Below, piece by piece: positions 10,333-20,970 of a stretch of 64,000 bases of DNA. How positions within the stretch are numbered: position 1 is the stretch's first letter; each line of letters opens with the position of its first letter. This stretch comes from a candidate division WOR-3 bacterium (lineage in GTDB: Bacteria > Hydrothermota > 32-111). A program made the position numbers and the translations under genes. The notes below the pieces were generated by a model. It searched no databases and had not been told where the DNA came from. It saw only the letters and a list, made by a program, of their open reading frames with translations. The stretch spans positions 448,001 through 512,000 of the forward strand of contig JBDRZU010000001.1 in assembly GCA_039804105.1 (NCBI GenBank), read 5' to 3'.

Positions 10333-11063
10333 AAAAATTTTTATTGTTTACTATAGTAATTTGGGCAATAATTTTTCATGCCGAAACAGAAAAGGAGATT
10401 TTACAAAAGATTGAAAATAAATATTCTTCATACTCAGATATAAAAAGTATGCAGGCAACATATAAAAGTATATTTTTCAGTAACGATATGAAAGTTCCAA
10501 TGACAACAAACATCTGGGTAAAAGACAAAAAGATGAAGTTGGACATAATCCCTGACAAATCGGAAATTGAAGATGTAGAACAGATGGCAACAACAATAAT
10601 AAATGATGGAGAAAATATTTTTCTTGTAAATCCAATCGTTGGGAAAGTTAAATTAAGTGAAAAGGAAAAAGAAAATTACATTCAGGATAAAGGGCTTCTA
10701 TGGTGGAAACAATTGAGTAAAGAATACAAATATTTAAAAGATCATGAAAACTCTTATGTTTTTCAGAAAAAATCAAACGGTTCGCTCATTTTTATTGACA
10801 AAAAAAATCTGTTCCTTGTTAAAACTGTTGATTATCAGAATGAAAATCAGGATACGGTTATCATGGTTATGAGTGATTACAAACAGATCGACTCAAAATA
10901 TTATATGCCTTTCTTAATAACAGCAACCTTAGATGGCCAAAAGATTATGGAGATGAAAACACAAAAAATAGATATCAATATAAAAATCGATGATTCAGTA
11001 TTTGAAGTAAAAGCAACCAAAGAGATGGATATAAATGATCTGATCAATAAGTATTCTAAATGA
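10329..11063 (+). CDS. LolA-like / outer-membrane lipoprotein-sorting family protein
   Basis: Signal peptide; EILQKIE...IKSMQA; TIINDG; DYKQID...MPF; NIKIDDSVF. Confidence 0.7.
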   Translation: MKKFLLFTIVIWAIIFHAETEKEILQKIENKYSSYSDIKSMQATYKSIFFSNDMKVPMTTNIWVKDKKMKLDIIPDKSEIEDVEQMATTIINDGENIFLVNPIVGKVKLSEKEKENYIQDKGLLWWKQLSKEYKYLKDHENSYVFQKKSNGSLIFIDKKNLFLVKTVDYQNENQDTVIMVMSDYKQIDSKYYMPFLITATLDGQKIMEMKTQKIDINIKIDDSVFEVKATKEMDINDLINKYSK

Positions 11064-11312
11064 TCACTCTTTTTCCATCGCTTCTTCAGGGATTATTATA
11101 ATAATAAAATCTTTGTTTAACTGCATTAGATCGGTTTTAAAAATTCTCCCATCTGAAGTTCTAACTTCTGCATCAGTCACAGGAATGAAAGGTTTTGCGA
11201 TATTGTTTAAAAAATCTGTCAACCTTCCACCTGGTGGTATGTGAACAAAACCTCTAACCTCTGAATTTGTTGTAAATATTAAAGATTTTACTTTTTCCCT
11301 TTCAAAAGCCAT
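11064..11312 (-). CDS. Small conserved hypothetical protein (DUF6812-like)
   Basis: GFVHIPPGGRLTDFLN...FIPVTDA motif; GAGG SD. Confidence 0.6.
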   Translation of the reverse strand: MAFEREKVKSLIFTTNSEVRGFVHIPPGGRLTDFLNNIAKPFIPVTDAEVRTSDGRIFKTDLMQLNKDFIIIIIPEEAMEKE

Positions 11313-11320
11313 TTTTCCTC

Positions 11321-11770
11321 CTAATAGGTTAAACCTTTTTTCATCTTTTCACTTCTTGTTTCACTCATCAATATAAACTCTCCTTCACTCTCAGCACACA
11401 CTGATTCATCGGCATCCTTTAAAACTGCTATCGTAATGGTTTTATTATCAAGTTTTTCTTTCAAATGACTCTCAACTTTGTATTTTAATCCAGATTTAAC
11501 AGGTTTCAAAAAATTGACCCTAATACTTTTTGTTAAAGCCATCTTTCCGGTTAACTCTATATTCGCCCATGCCATCGCTTCATCAAGAACCATCGTAACG
11601 ATTCCACCATGGATTATGTTGTCATATCCGATATAATTTTTATCAAAAACCACTTCTGCAAAAACAAAATTTTTTCCCTCGTTGAGATAAAAATCAAGTT
11701 TCAGTCCTACCGGATTTTTTTTCCCACACACAACACATCCATCAAAATACGGTAATTTTTTATACCTCAT
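11321..11770 (-). CDS. PaaI family hotdog thioesterase
   Basis: CVVCGKKNPVGL; HGGIVTMVLDEAM. Confidence 0.9.
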   Translation of the reverse strand: MRYKKLPYFDGCVVCGKKNPVGLKLDFYLNEGKNFVFAEVVFDKNYIGYDNIIHGGIVTMVLDEAMAWANIELTGKMALTKSIRVNFLKPVKSGLKYKVESHLKEKLDNKTITIAVLKDADESVCAESEGEFILMSETRSEKMKKGLTY

Positions 11771-12548
11771 AACACTCCCTCCTTCTATCTTTAAAAATAT
11801 CGTTTAAATTATTTATCTTTTTATCCCTTGATTTTTTCAGATCTATCTCTGTAATAAAAATATTTTCATCTCGTTCCTTTGCCCTAAAGATTATTTCTCC
11901 TTGTGGAGAAACTATCTGACTCTGCCCTGTGAATTTGTATTCTTTTTCTTTTCCAATCCTATTTGCGGTTACAGAGTAAATTCGATTTTCCAAAGATCTT
12001 GTTATCATCGCATTTTGACAGTAAGGCATCACAAGGTTTGATGGATGAGCCAAAATATCTGCACCTTTTAAAGCGAGAGTTCTTGCTGCCTCAGGGAAAA
12101 TCCAATCAAAACAGATCATCATTCCAATCTTCATACCATCAACATCTATTACAAAAAACCCTGTATCCCCTTTTCTGAAAAGTTTTTTTTCGTTAAAAAA
12201 TAAATGTGTTTTTCTATACACATACCTTTTACCTGAAGAGGTTATAGCGATCGCCGAATTGTAAAGATCATTTTTTTCTTTCTCTGAAAAACCAAGAACT
12301 ATCGTTTTTGAATCTTTTTCACAAAGATAAACAAGATCATCAAAAATTTTATCATCTTTTTTAAACGATAATTTTTTCAATTCGTTTTTGTTTTCAAAAG
12401 CATATCCTGAAAGTGAAAGTTCAGGAAACACAAGAAGGTCAAAAGAGCTTTCTTTTGTGATTTTTATGATTTTATCTAAATTCTTCTCAACCTGTTTATG
12501 TTCAATTTTTAATTGGGCAAAACCGACTTTATATTGACTTCTCTTCAT
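11760..12548 (-). CDS. Carbon-nitrogen hydrolase (nitrilase family)
   Basis: VFPEL, YRKTHL and ICFDWIFPE give the Glu-Lys-Cys triad. Start reassigned to MKRSQY because the track ORF overlaps cobB. Confidence 0.9.
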   Translation of the reverse strand: MKRSQYKVGFAQLKIEHKQVEKNLDKIIKITKESSFDLLVFPELSLSGYAFENKNELKKLSFKKDDKIFDDLVYLCEKDSKTIVLGFSEKEKNDLYNSAIAITSSGKRYVYRKTHLFFNEKKLFRKGDTGFFVIDVDGMKIGMMICFDWIFPEAARTLALKGADILAHPSNLVMPYCQNAMITRSLENRIYSVTANRIGKEKEYKFTGQSQIVSPQGEIIFRAKERDENIFITEIDLKKSRDKKINNLNDIFKDRRRECYEV

Positions 12549-12570
12549 AATATTTATATTATAGTAAGAT

Positions 12571-13278
12571 ATGCAAATTTCAATATCTTCAAACGATACA
12601 GTTTTTGTTCTAACCGGCGCAGGCATAAGTGCAGAAAGTGGACTCTCGACTTTCAGGGATTCAGGTGGACTTTGGGAGCAATACAATATTGAAGATGTTG
12701 CAACTCCAGAAGCGTTCCAAAAAAACCCTGCGCTTGTTTGGGAGTTTTATTCAAAAAGAAGAAAACAATTAAAAGAAGTTGTGCCAAACAAAGCACATTT
12801 CGCTCTTGCTGATTTTCAGAAAAAACACCCAAAAACTTACATCGTAACCCAGAATGTAGATGATCTACATGAACGAGCAGGATCATCAAAAGTTATACAT
12901 ATGCACGGAAGTTTACTAAGAATCAAATGCACAAGATGTTTTTATTTCGAAGAACATTTAGATGATGTTGAAGGAATACCTAAATGTAAAAAATGTGGAA
13001 ACATTTTAAGGCCTGATATCGTCTGGTTTGGAGAAGTCCCATATTTTTTAAATGAAATCTATGAACTTTTATCGAAAACAAAACTTTTTGTTGGAATTGG
13101 AACAAGCGGTCAGGTCTACCCTGCTGCTGCTTTTGTTTCGATTGCTAAAAAATTCAAAGCAAAAACAGTTTTTTTAAACAAGGAAAGTATTTATAATGAG
13201 GATATAGATATATTTATTGAGGGAAACGCGACAGAAATCGTTGAAAAATTTTTTACAGGTATAAAAATTTTAGAATGA
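12571..13278 (+). CDS. cobB: NAD-dependent protein deacylase (sirtuin)
   Basis: GAGISAESGLSTFR; TQNVDDLHERAG; HMHGS; two CxxC; RPDIVWFGE; GTSGQVYPAA. Confidence 0.95.
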   Translation: MQISISSNDTVFVLTGAGISAESGLSTFRDSGGLWEQYNIEDVATPEAFQKNPALVWEFYSKRRKQLKEVVPNKAHFALADFQKKHPKTYIVTQNVDDLHERAGSSKVIHMHGSLLRIKCTRCFYFEEHLDDVEGIPKCKKCGNILRPDIVWFGEVPYFLNEIYELLSKTKLFVGIGTSGQVYPAAAFVSIAKKFKAKTVFLNKESIYNEDIDIFIEGNATEIVEKFFTGIKILE

Positions 13279-16082
13279 AAAAAATTTTTTATATTATTGT
13301 AATTATTTTATTCACAATACCCCTTTTGAGTCAAATTCTTGTTCCAAAAGTTTTCAACGATATGTCAAACACTTTTTTCACTTCCTCTGAACATTTCAAT
13401 TACATATACAAAAAAGAACTTTCAGAAGATATTGAAAAAATAATAAAGATATCTGAAGGTGTTTATGATACATTGAAAAAATTGATGAAAACTGAACCTC
13501 CAAACAAAATAAATCTTCTGATAACAGATCAGTCAGATCTTCCAAATGGGTTTTCAACTCCAATTCTTAATCCAACTGTTAACATCTATCTTGCAAATCC
13601 TGATCCATCATTCATATCAAAACATGAGAATTGGATCGAATATGTGTTGATACATGAATTGACTCATACATTCCATCTGACAAAAACAAAACCAAAAATT
13701 TTGAGTAAAACTTTGAACTCATGTTTATATCTTCCAGCTGTTGCACAGCCGATGTATTTTCTTGAAGGATACACGGTCTATAATGAATCAACCATAAAAT
13801 CAGGTCGATTGAAGGACACAAATTTTGAAGCAATTTTGAGAACATTATATCTGGAAAACAAAAAAGCACCACTTGATCGGGCTGTATCATATTATGATAG
13901 TGAATATCCTTACGGAACATTGCCTTATCTTTATGGTCCCTATATTTTTGAGAAAATTAAAGAAATTTCTGGAAAAGAGATTTACACCATCTCAGATATC
14001 AATTTATGCACCTGTTTACCTATTGAATTTTTATTCCCAGATCTTGTTTTTCTGATAAAAAATTCTTATCTTCCTTCAACTATTTTGGACATAGTGTATA
14101 AAGATGTTGAGAAAAAGACATTTGAAATGATGAAAAATTATGATTTCTATCTAAAAGAAAAACTTATTAACGATGGACTTGAAAAATCGAATCCTGTCTT
14201 CAAAGACAATAAAATTTATTTTATAGAATCCTACTTTAACAAAAGACAGAGAATAATTCTTTATGAAAATGGCAAAAAAATTGAACTTTTTAAAACTTTA
14301 TATACAACAAAATTTCAGATCACAGATGAGTTTATCATTTACGATATGATCGATCTATACGACAATATTTCATATTTCTTTTCAATATATTCCTACAATT
14401 TAAAAACAAAAAAGATAAAAAAATTGCCACACACTTTCAGAGGGTTTTCACCTGAAATTTTTGGAGACACATTATTTTTCATAAGGAACACTCAGAATAA
14501 AAATCTCATAATTTTTTATTCTTTAAAAACAGAAAGTTTACTCGATTCAATCGAATTTCCTGAAAATTACAGGTTGAATTCTTTATCGACAAAAGATGGA
14601 AAATCCCTTCTCTTATCCATTTACAGAGATGGAGGTTTTACAGATATAGTTTTATTTGATCTTGAAAATAAAAAGGAAAAGTTTTTAACATCTGACAGAG
14701 AGACAGATTTTTTGCCCCAGTGGAGCAAAAAATATAACGGCTTTTACTTTATCTCTGATCGAGATGGGTTCAATACTCTCTTTTTCTATGATCTTGATTC
14801 CAATCGAATCTATCCATATTTAAGGTCTATAAATAACATTTCAAATTATTCTATTGATGAAGAAAATGAAAAAGTTTATTTTCAGGATATTACAAAAGAT
14901 GGTGATAACATTTTTTATGCGAAATTAAAAAAACTTGAAGATAAAAAATATGAAATACACTTGAAAGAGTATAAAAATTATATTCCGATAAGCAAAAATT
15001 TTGATTACAGAATTGATCAAAAAAAATATATACTACCAAAATTTTCAGGTCCCGGAACTTATTACTTTTTACCTCTTTTCGTTCCACTTTTTGATGATTC
15101 TTTATCGATGAGTGATATTCTCTTACTTCTGCCATTCTTGAATATAAACGCAGATATATCGCAATCATTATCTTTTTTAACACTTGGAATCTTTTCATAT
15201 ACATACGATCTGAATTCAAATCCATCTGATATTCAATATTACAACTTTTCTCAAATCGTTTTTTCACAATTTAAACATGATATTTTTGTTTCTTTCGATT
15301 TACTCAACGAAGGGAGCAAAACTGGAATTAAAAAATACCTTCCTGATAGTTATTCAATTTCAGCAGGGATATTCTTTGATCGATTAAAGTTCGAACACTC
15401 TATATCTTTCTCACCAGCATTCTCAATTTTGAAGACCGATTCTCTGTATTCAAAAGGTTTATATTTTGATTTTCTGTATTCCAAAACCGAAAGTTCAAGA
15501 AGAAGTATAATACCTTCGTCAGGTTATAGATTTATATCAAACATATTTTTATCTAAATCAAACATTTCAGGTTATGATCATATAAATGATCTCGGGCTTA
15601 ATCTTAAACTTGAATTCTATGGTTCTTCAAACTGGAGAACGACATTTTTTGCTTTCTTCGAAACTTTTTTAACGAACAACTATAATGTAAATGTTTATAA
15701 TCCTTCATCCAATGAAAATCTTTTCTACAAAAATGTCAAACTAAGATACAACTATCTTGATGAAGGTAATTTTGTTTCATTCGCTTCGAAAAATTTGAAC
15801 CTTGTAAAGATAGGACTTTTAAACATTCCTTTGCATATAAACAGAGGTATCCCGATAAAACTATTCGTCTCTTCACCAATAAAATTGTCTTATTTAACAC
15901 TATCACTAACACACACTGAAGGATATTCAATCGATCAAAAGGAAAGGATTTCAGTTTCAAAATTCAATATAAATCTGATCTCTGATCTTTTTGCACTTGG
16001 GACATTCGCACCCGGTATTTTTATTTCTTATGATCATATATACGGAATTCCAAATCTTGGTATCACTCTTTCCCTTTACTGA
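13275..16082 (+). CDS. Secreted/outer-membrane protein with gluzincin-like peptidase domain, TolB/PD40-type propeller and beta-rich C-terminus
   Basis: Signal peptide; HELTH plus downstream FLEG; LTSDRETDFLPQWS...FISDRDG PD40 repeat. Confidence 0.7.
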   Translation: MKKIFYIIVIILFTIPLLSQILVPKVFNDMSNTFFTSSEHFNYIYKKELSEDIEKIIKISEGVYDTLKKLMKTEPPNKINLLITDQSDLPNGFSTPILNPTVNIYLANPDPSFISKHENWIEYVLIHELTHTFHLTKTKPKILSKTLNSCLYLPAVAQPMYFLEGYTVYNESTIKSGRLKDTNFEAILRTLYLENKKAPLDRAVSYYDSEYPYGTLPYLYGPYIFEKIKEISGKEIYTISDINLCTCLPIEFLFPDLVFLIKNSYLPSTILDIVYKDVEKKTFEMMKNYDFYLKEKLINDGLEKSNPVFKDNKIYFIESYFNKRQRIILYENGKKIELFKTLYTTKFQITDEFIIYDMIDLYDNISYFFSIYSYNLKTKKIKKLPHTFRGFSPEIFGDTLFFIRNTQNKNLIIFYSLKTESLLDSIEFPENYRLNSLSTKDGKSLLLSIYRDGGFTDIVLFDLENKKEKFLTSDRETDFLPQWSKKYNGFYFISDRDGFNTLFFYDLDSNRIYPYLRSINNISNYSIDEENEKVYFQDITKDGDNIFYAKLKKLEDKKYEIHLKEYKNYIPISKNFDYRIDQKKYILPKFSGPGTYYFLPLFVPLFDDSLSMSDILLLLPFLNINADISQSLSFLTLGIFSYTYDLNSNPSDIQYYNFSQIVFSQFKHDIFVSFDLLNEGSKTGIKKYLPDSYSISAGIFFDRLKFEHSISFSPAFSILKTDSLYSKGLYFDFLYSKTESSRRSIIPSSGYRFISNIFLSKSNISGYDHINDLGLNLKLEFYGSSNWRTTFFAFFETFLTNNYNVNVYNPSSNENLFYKNVKLRYNYLDEGNFVSFASKNLNLVKIGLLNIPLHINRGIPIKLFVSSPIKLSYLTLSLTHTEGYSIDQKERISVSKFNINLISDLFALGTFAPGIFISYDHIYGIPNLGITLSLY

Positions 16083-16125
16083 AATTTGTTGACTTTAAAA
16101 TCGATTCAGTTAACATATTAAAGTT

Positions 16126-17331
16126 ATGGAAGAGAAAAAATGTAAAAAAAATTTTCCTTTAGGTGTTATAAATGGTATTCTGATGAACCTTGTTGATACA
16201 ATAACAGGTTCTTCAACAGTGCTTCCATTATATTTGAGTCATCTTACAAAGTCATCGATCGTGATTGGATTCGGTTCATCATTATATAACTTCTTATGGC
16301 CTATGCCACAACTCTTCACAGCATTTTTTCTTGAAGGTAAAAAAAGAAAAAAATTTGTTTATGACATAACCGCATATATCAGATTTCTTTCAATACTTTT
16401 AATGGCAATTTTAATTTTCATAAATCCGAAGAATATTTTACTGTTGTTTATATTTTCTATGTTTATTTACCACATATCTGGTGGAATAGCAGGGCTTCCA
16501 TTTATGGATATAGTAGCAAAAACAATAAGTCCTAAAAAGCAACATCTTTTCTGGGGATTAAGGATCGCTATCGGTGGTTTTCTATCAATACTTGGTGGTT
16601 TTTTAGTAAAATTTGTGCTTGCTAAATACAATTATCCAGTTAATTTTTCAATACTATTTTTTATCGCATCAATATTCGTTGGAGTAGGGTTATATTCTTT
16701 CTGTCTTGTTTATGAACCAGAAGAACCCGAAAGAGAAAGGGAGAAAAATTTTTTCAAATTTTTAAAAACCGGTTTTCTAACGATTTTAAATGATAAAAGA
16801 TTCACAACTCTATTCTCACTAAGAATACTCGCTGGAATATCTCTCGCTCTTGAACCATTCTTTATGATCTATGTTATAAAAGTTTTGAAAATGAGAGTTG
16901 AACTTTCTGGAATTTTAATCTCATTAAGGATGGGTGGACTTTTGATATCAAACTTTTTATGGGACTACATACAGAAGAAAAAATCGTTAAAACATCTTTT
17001 CGTAATAAGTTCGATAACCGGAATGATTATTCCCATTTTGGCATATTTATCAATTAAAAATCACTTATTAATATTCATTCTATTTTTCGTTAACGGAATC
17101 TTTTATTCAGGCATACAGGTAGCAAGCCCATCGTTACTCTTAACAATATCCCCTTCTGAAAAAAGATCAACATACATTGGATTCTACAATACACTTCTTT
17201 CACCAATTTATCTTTTCCCTGTTATAAATGGAATCATTATCGATAAAATTTCCTTTAACTTCGCTTTCCTTGTTTCTTTTATCGTTTCCTTCGTCTCTTT
17301 ATTTTTATCTTTAAAGTTAAGAAAACTATAG
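16126..17331 (+). CDS. MFS transporter
   Basis: About 12 hydrophobic segments; SPSEKRSTYIG loop. Confidence 0.85.
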   Translation: MEEKKCKKNFPLGVINGILMNLVDTITGSSTVLPLYLSHLTKSSIVIGFGSSLYNFLWPMPQLFTAFFLEGKKRKKFVYDITAYIRFLSILLMAILIFINPKNILLLFIFSMFIYHISGGIAGLPFMDIVAKTISPKKQHLFWGLRIAIGGFLSILGGFLVKFVLAKYNYPVNFSILFFIASIFVGVGLYSFCLVYEPEEPEREREKNFFKFLKTGFLTILNDKRFTTLFSLRILAGISLALEPFFMIYVIKVLKMRVELSGILISLRMGGLLISNFLWDYIQKKKSLKHLFVISSITGMIIPILAYLSIKNHLLIFILFFVNGIFYSGIQVASPSLLLTISPSEKRSTYIGFYNTLLSPIYLFPVINGIIIDKISFNFAFLVSFIVSFVSLFLSLKLRKL

Positions 17332-17334
17332 AAA

Positions 17335-20300
17335 TTACTTTATCAGAAAAATCTTTTTTGTTAAAACTTTATCCTTGTTTTCAACTCTTACAAAATAAAT
17401 CCCTGAGGGCTTTTCAAATTTTAAAGTTTTGATACCTTTTTTCACCTCTCTATAAAAAATGAGCTTTCCTGTGATATCATAAACTTTAAGATTGATCTTA
17501 TCAAAATCACCATCGATGAAAAAAGAACCGGTTCGATAAGAAAGCAATATATTATCCTGATTTGGATTTCTTACAAACTTCTCTCCCGAAAAATTGATTT
17601 TTTCACCCGGGAGTGTTATATCATCAATATAAACACCTTTATATTGCACAGGATCATTTTCAGAATAGAAAGAAAATTGAATTATCGATTTTTTGTTCTG
17701 CAAATTCTTGAAGTCAGAAGCATTGAAAATATAGTTTTTAAAATAATCTGTTCTTTGGGAAAGTGTTATCAAAGGCATTTCAAAAGAATCTGATACAAGT
17801 TTTACAACAAGATAATCCATTCCAGGTTCAATATCAACGAACGAAGAGAAACCAAAAATATAGTTTGTATCGAACACAAAAGAATCAGAATAAAAAGTTG
17901 TGATATAATTTGCAGGATATGTTTCGAGAGTTTTATATCCTGAAAAGATTGAATATGACCCAATGTTGCTTCTTCTATCTGTTATATGGAAAAATGCTGT
18001 TGAAGAATCGACTCTGATTGAAGAAGGGTTTTCGAAACTCTCGTATGAATTGTTATCGTTAATGTGAAGTTTGTATGTTAATACTTTTGTTTCAACAGCG
18101 GAAGTAAAATCAAGTTCCAATGTTTCAGTCTGTTGAGTGTTAATAAGTGCGAAACTATCAGAAAAAATATTTTTACCTTTTAGTATCTGAAAGTTCTTTG
18201 CCTTAATACTTAAACCAAGTGTTTCAGTTGTAAAACTGTTCACATAGACATTATATTTTACGATTTCCCCAGAAATATAATGTTGTTTTTCAGGTATAAA
18301 CTTTACTTTCAGATTCTCAGAGATATTCCTTCCATACTCGACATACAAAGTGTCATTTTCAAGCACTACTCCAATCAAGCTTGAATTTTTTAGCATCTGT
18401 TCTGTTATAAATCTGAAAGTGATAATCGTATCACTAAGAAAGGTAAAACTTGTATCATTATCTATAAAATTTAAAGTGTCAGTATTAGAAAAAGTTTCAA
18501 CATAAAAAAGATCACTTGAATCACCTGTTAAATAAAGATTTAATAGAAAAGTATCGTTGATCTTTTGAAAAGTATAATCTTTCAGAAAAAGGGACTTTGA
18601 ATAAAAATCTTCTAAAATTATCGTTGTATCAAGAAGCGTCTCATCATTATTATTCACATACAAAAATATTGAATCTGAGTTATCAAGTTTTACAGATAAA
18701 ATATTTTTCTCTTTGTAAATGAAAGTATCAACTGAAAAGGTTTGTCCAACGATCGATACGAAACAACTATCTTGTGTTTGAACTGAAAGGTTCAGATAAC
18801 CACCTTTGTAAATAGGTTTAACAAATCGAATTGTGCTCTGCTGTTTATTTGTTTTCAGGTTAAGCAAAGGATCCCCAAAGTAGTTCAAAGTGTAAAACTG
18901 CCATCTCCAATCGTTTTTCAATCTGATCTCATCGATAAAATTCAAAGATGTTTCATTCAAGGATAAAGAAGGATTATTGTAGTTGTTCAAAATGTTTTTG
19001 AAAAAGGTATAGTTTAAAATATCCCCTGTTCCAAATCCCGCGAAATAAGGTGTATACCACCCATACCTTGAATTACCTATATAATAACCACCACCGTTGG
19101 GAGAGAGTATAAAATGCTCTGCAACACAATCGTAATCATAAGCAGCTGAAAGACATGATAGAGAATACATCAAAACAGGGTTTGTATTTTTCAAAGTATC
19201 AAAATTACTTCTTGATGTATAATCGATGCCAGTTTGAATTACTGAATAGTTGCCGTGTCCATCATGAGATATTAAATATGGACTCTTGTTGATATTTTCA
19301 ATGAATGAAAAAGAAGAAAGATTGTTTGAACTTTCATAAAGTTTAATCGTAGGATTTTTGATAGGAATGTTCTTTATCATATTTTCAATATTCTGACTTC
19401 CATCAGTGTTCGGATCAAGAAACGAAGCAGCAAAAAGGATTGTATCGTTAATGAGATTCTCAAACTTTATAACTTTCTGGATAAAATTGGCAATATCAGA
19501 ACTTGTTTTCACTGGAACTCTTCCGATAAGGATATCTGGTGCTAAGTCAATCGAATCCCCATTATCAAAGAGTGTATCGTTAACAAAGTTTGGGTAACCA
19601 TCAAGACATGAGAAAAATTTGTCTGTTGGTATCGTTTGATCTGAAGCAGAAAGTTGTGGAGTTATAATGAGTTGAACATAAAAAGGTGGAATCACATCAA
19701 CATCTCCACCGAGTAGAACACCAGTCAAACTACCTGTTTCATAAGAAGTTTTAATAAATTCTCTAATCGCTTCACCTTTTGTTTTTGCTGGATACAAAGA
19801 AAAGATTTCGGAAACACCAACTATATTTACATTGTATTCCTTTTTTAAATTCACATAGTCAGTCCAATATGATTTCAAACTATCAGCAGTGATTATCAAA
19901 AACTCATTTTTACTTTTGGTGGTTGTTTTGTTTAAACCAACTGTTTTAAAAAATATAACAAGTTTACCTTTTCTTCTGAAAATTTTTCCATTTTCATAAT
20001 AAAAGTTGTTGACATAGCCCGAAACAAAAACTTTATCGTTTGATTTTGATTTGAAAATTCTGTATGTTTCTTCAGGAAAAACATTTTTAACAAGTTTTAG
20101 AGAAGACCTTTTCGATGGAGAAAATATTTTCGGTAAAGGATTTTCACCTGCGATCAAAGTGAAATCTTTTAATGTATCTATACTTTCAACCAAAAAATAT
20201 GAACTATCTATCAAGATATCATTTTCAAACTGGATAAAAATCTTGTATGATGGAATAACAGGATACGATTCTTTGATATGATAAAAATATTTAGAGTCAA

Positions 20301-20412
20301 AACCTTTTACAATTTCATTGAAATCATTATTATCGTTGATATCAATAACAAACTGCTCTGAACAAATAACAATTGAAACAAAAAGGATAAGAAAAAACAT
20401 AAAATTTTTCAT
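17335..20412 (-). CDS. Peptidase C25 (gingipain family) with T9SS-type C-terminal domain
   Basis: VLLGGDVDVIP; TDKFFSCLDG; PDILIGRVP; GHG (catalytic His); SCLSAAYD (catalytic Cys); FGDP; C-terminal YDITGK...SGIYFV. GGAGG SD before MKNFM at 20412. Confidence 0.9.
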   Translation of the reverse strand: MKNFMFFLILFVSIVICSEQFVIDINDNNDFNEIVKGFDSKYFYHIKESYPVIPSYKIFIQFENDILIDSSYFLVESIDTLKDFTLIAGENPLPKIFSPSKRSSLKLVKNVFPEETYRIFKSKSNDKVFVSGYVNNFYYENGKIFRRKGKLVIFFKTVGLNKTTTKSKNEFLIITADSLKSYWTDYVNLKKEYNVNIVGVSEIFSLYPAKTKGEAIREFIKTSYETGSLTGVLLGGDVDVIPPFYVQLIITPQLSASDQTIPTDKFFSCLDGYPNFVNDTLFDNGDSIDLAPDILIGRVPVKTSSDIANFIQKVIKFENLINDTILFAASFLDPNTDGSQNIENMIKNIPIKNPTIKLYESSNNLSSFSFIENINKSPYLISHDGHGNYSVIQTGIDYTSRSNFDTLKNTNPVLMYSLSCLSAAYDYDCVAEHFILSPNGGGYYIGNSRYGWYTPYFAGFGTGDILNYTFFKNILNNYNNPSLSLNETSLNFIDEIRLKNDWRWQFYTLNYFGDPLLNLKTNKQQSTIRFVKPIYKGGYLNLSVQTQDSCFVSIVGQTFSVDTFIYKEKNILSVKLDNSDSIFLYVNNNDETLLDTTIILEDFYSKSLFLKDYTFQKINDTFLLNLYLTGDSSDLFYVETFSNTDTLNFIDNDTSFTFLSDTIITFRFITEQMLKNSSLIGVVLENDTLYVEYGRNISENLKVKFIPEKQHYISGEIVKYNVYVNSFTTETLGLSIKAKNFQILKGKNIFSDSFALINTQQTETLELDFTSAVETKVLTYKLHINDNNSYESFENPSSIRVDSSTAFFHITDRRSNIGSYSIFSGYKTLETYPANYITTFYSDSFVFDTNYIFGFSSFVDIEPGMDYLVVKLVSDSFEMPLITLSQRTDYFKNYIFNASDFKNLQNKKSIIQFSFYSENDPVQYKGVYIDDITLPGEKINFSGEKFVRNPNQDNILLSYRTGSFFIDGDFDKINLKVYDITGKLIFYREVKKGIKTLKFEKPSGIYFVRVENKDKVLTKKIFLIK

Positions 20413-20465
20413 AACACCTCCAAAAAAGATGATAAAACTTTTTATAAGAAAAATCAACAAAATAA

Positions 20466-20487
20466 AACCGGGGTTGTCGCCCCGGTT
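20466..20487 (-). terminator. Rho-independent terminator after the sigma/anti-sigma operon
   Basis: AACCGGGG-loop-CCCCGGTT stem followed by a T-rich run on the minus strand. Confidence 0.8.
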
Positions 20488-20522
20488 GGGAGAGTAATTG
20501 AGTGTAGTTAGGGAGGGATGAA

Positions 20523-20963
20523 CTATTTAGTTATATAGTTAACACTTTTTGAGATATTCGAATAGTCCTCTGAAAGAAAACTTGAAAATGACTGTTCAAC
20601 AACAGATTTTTTTTCAGCAACCTTATACTTTTTTTCAATACTTTTTCTACCTGTCAAAAGAGTTATAGAAAAACTCATTACAAAAATCATAACAAGTACA
20701 AAAGCAAAAGATAGTGAAAATTTAAAAGAATTTTTTTGATTTGAAAATGTATTGACCTTTTTTTCAACAAAATCTCCATAAAGGTCTGGGAAAATTTCTA
20801 AATCAACTCCCTTAACAAGTTTATTAACTTTTAAATATTGTTCATAAATTTTTCTGCACAAATCACATGAACTCAAATGTTTTTTTATCTCTTCAAACTT
20901 CCTTTCATCCTCTATTTCGTTATCAATAAATTTCGATATTAAAATTTTATCAGGATGTTTCAT
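20523..20963 (-). CDS. Zinc-finger (zf-HC2) anti-sigma factor
   Basis: HLSSCDLC (HxxxCxxC) plus one TM helix. Start reassigned to MKHPD. Confidence 0.88.
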   Translation of the reverse strand: MKHPDKILISKFIDNEIEDERKFEEIKKHLSSCDLCRKIYEQYLKVNKLVKGVDLEIFPDLYGDFVEKKVNTFSNQKNSFKFSLSFAFVLVMIFVMSFSITLLTGRKSIEKKYKVAEKKSVVEQSFSSFLSEDYSNISKSVNYITK

Positions 20964-20970
20964 AAAAACC

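Noticed and set aside
12571..13278. Sirtuin as an anti-phage SIR2 effector
   Set aside because: It is a canonical zinc-binding CobB in a housekeeping context.
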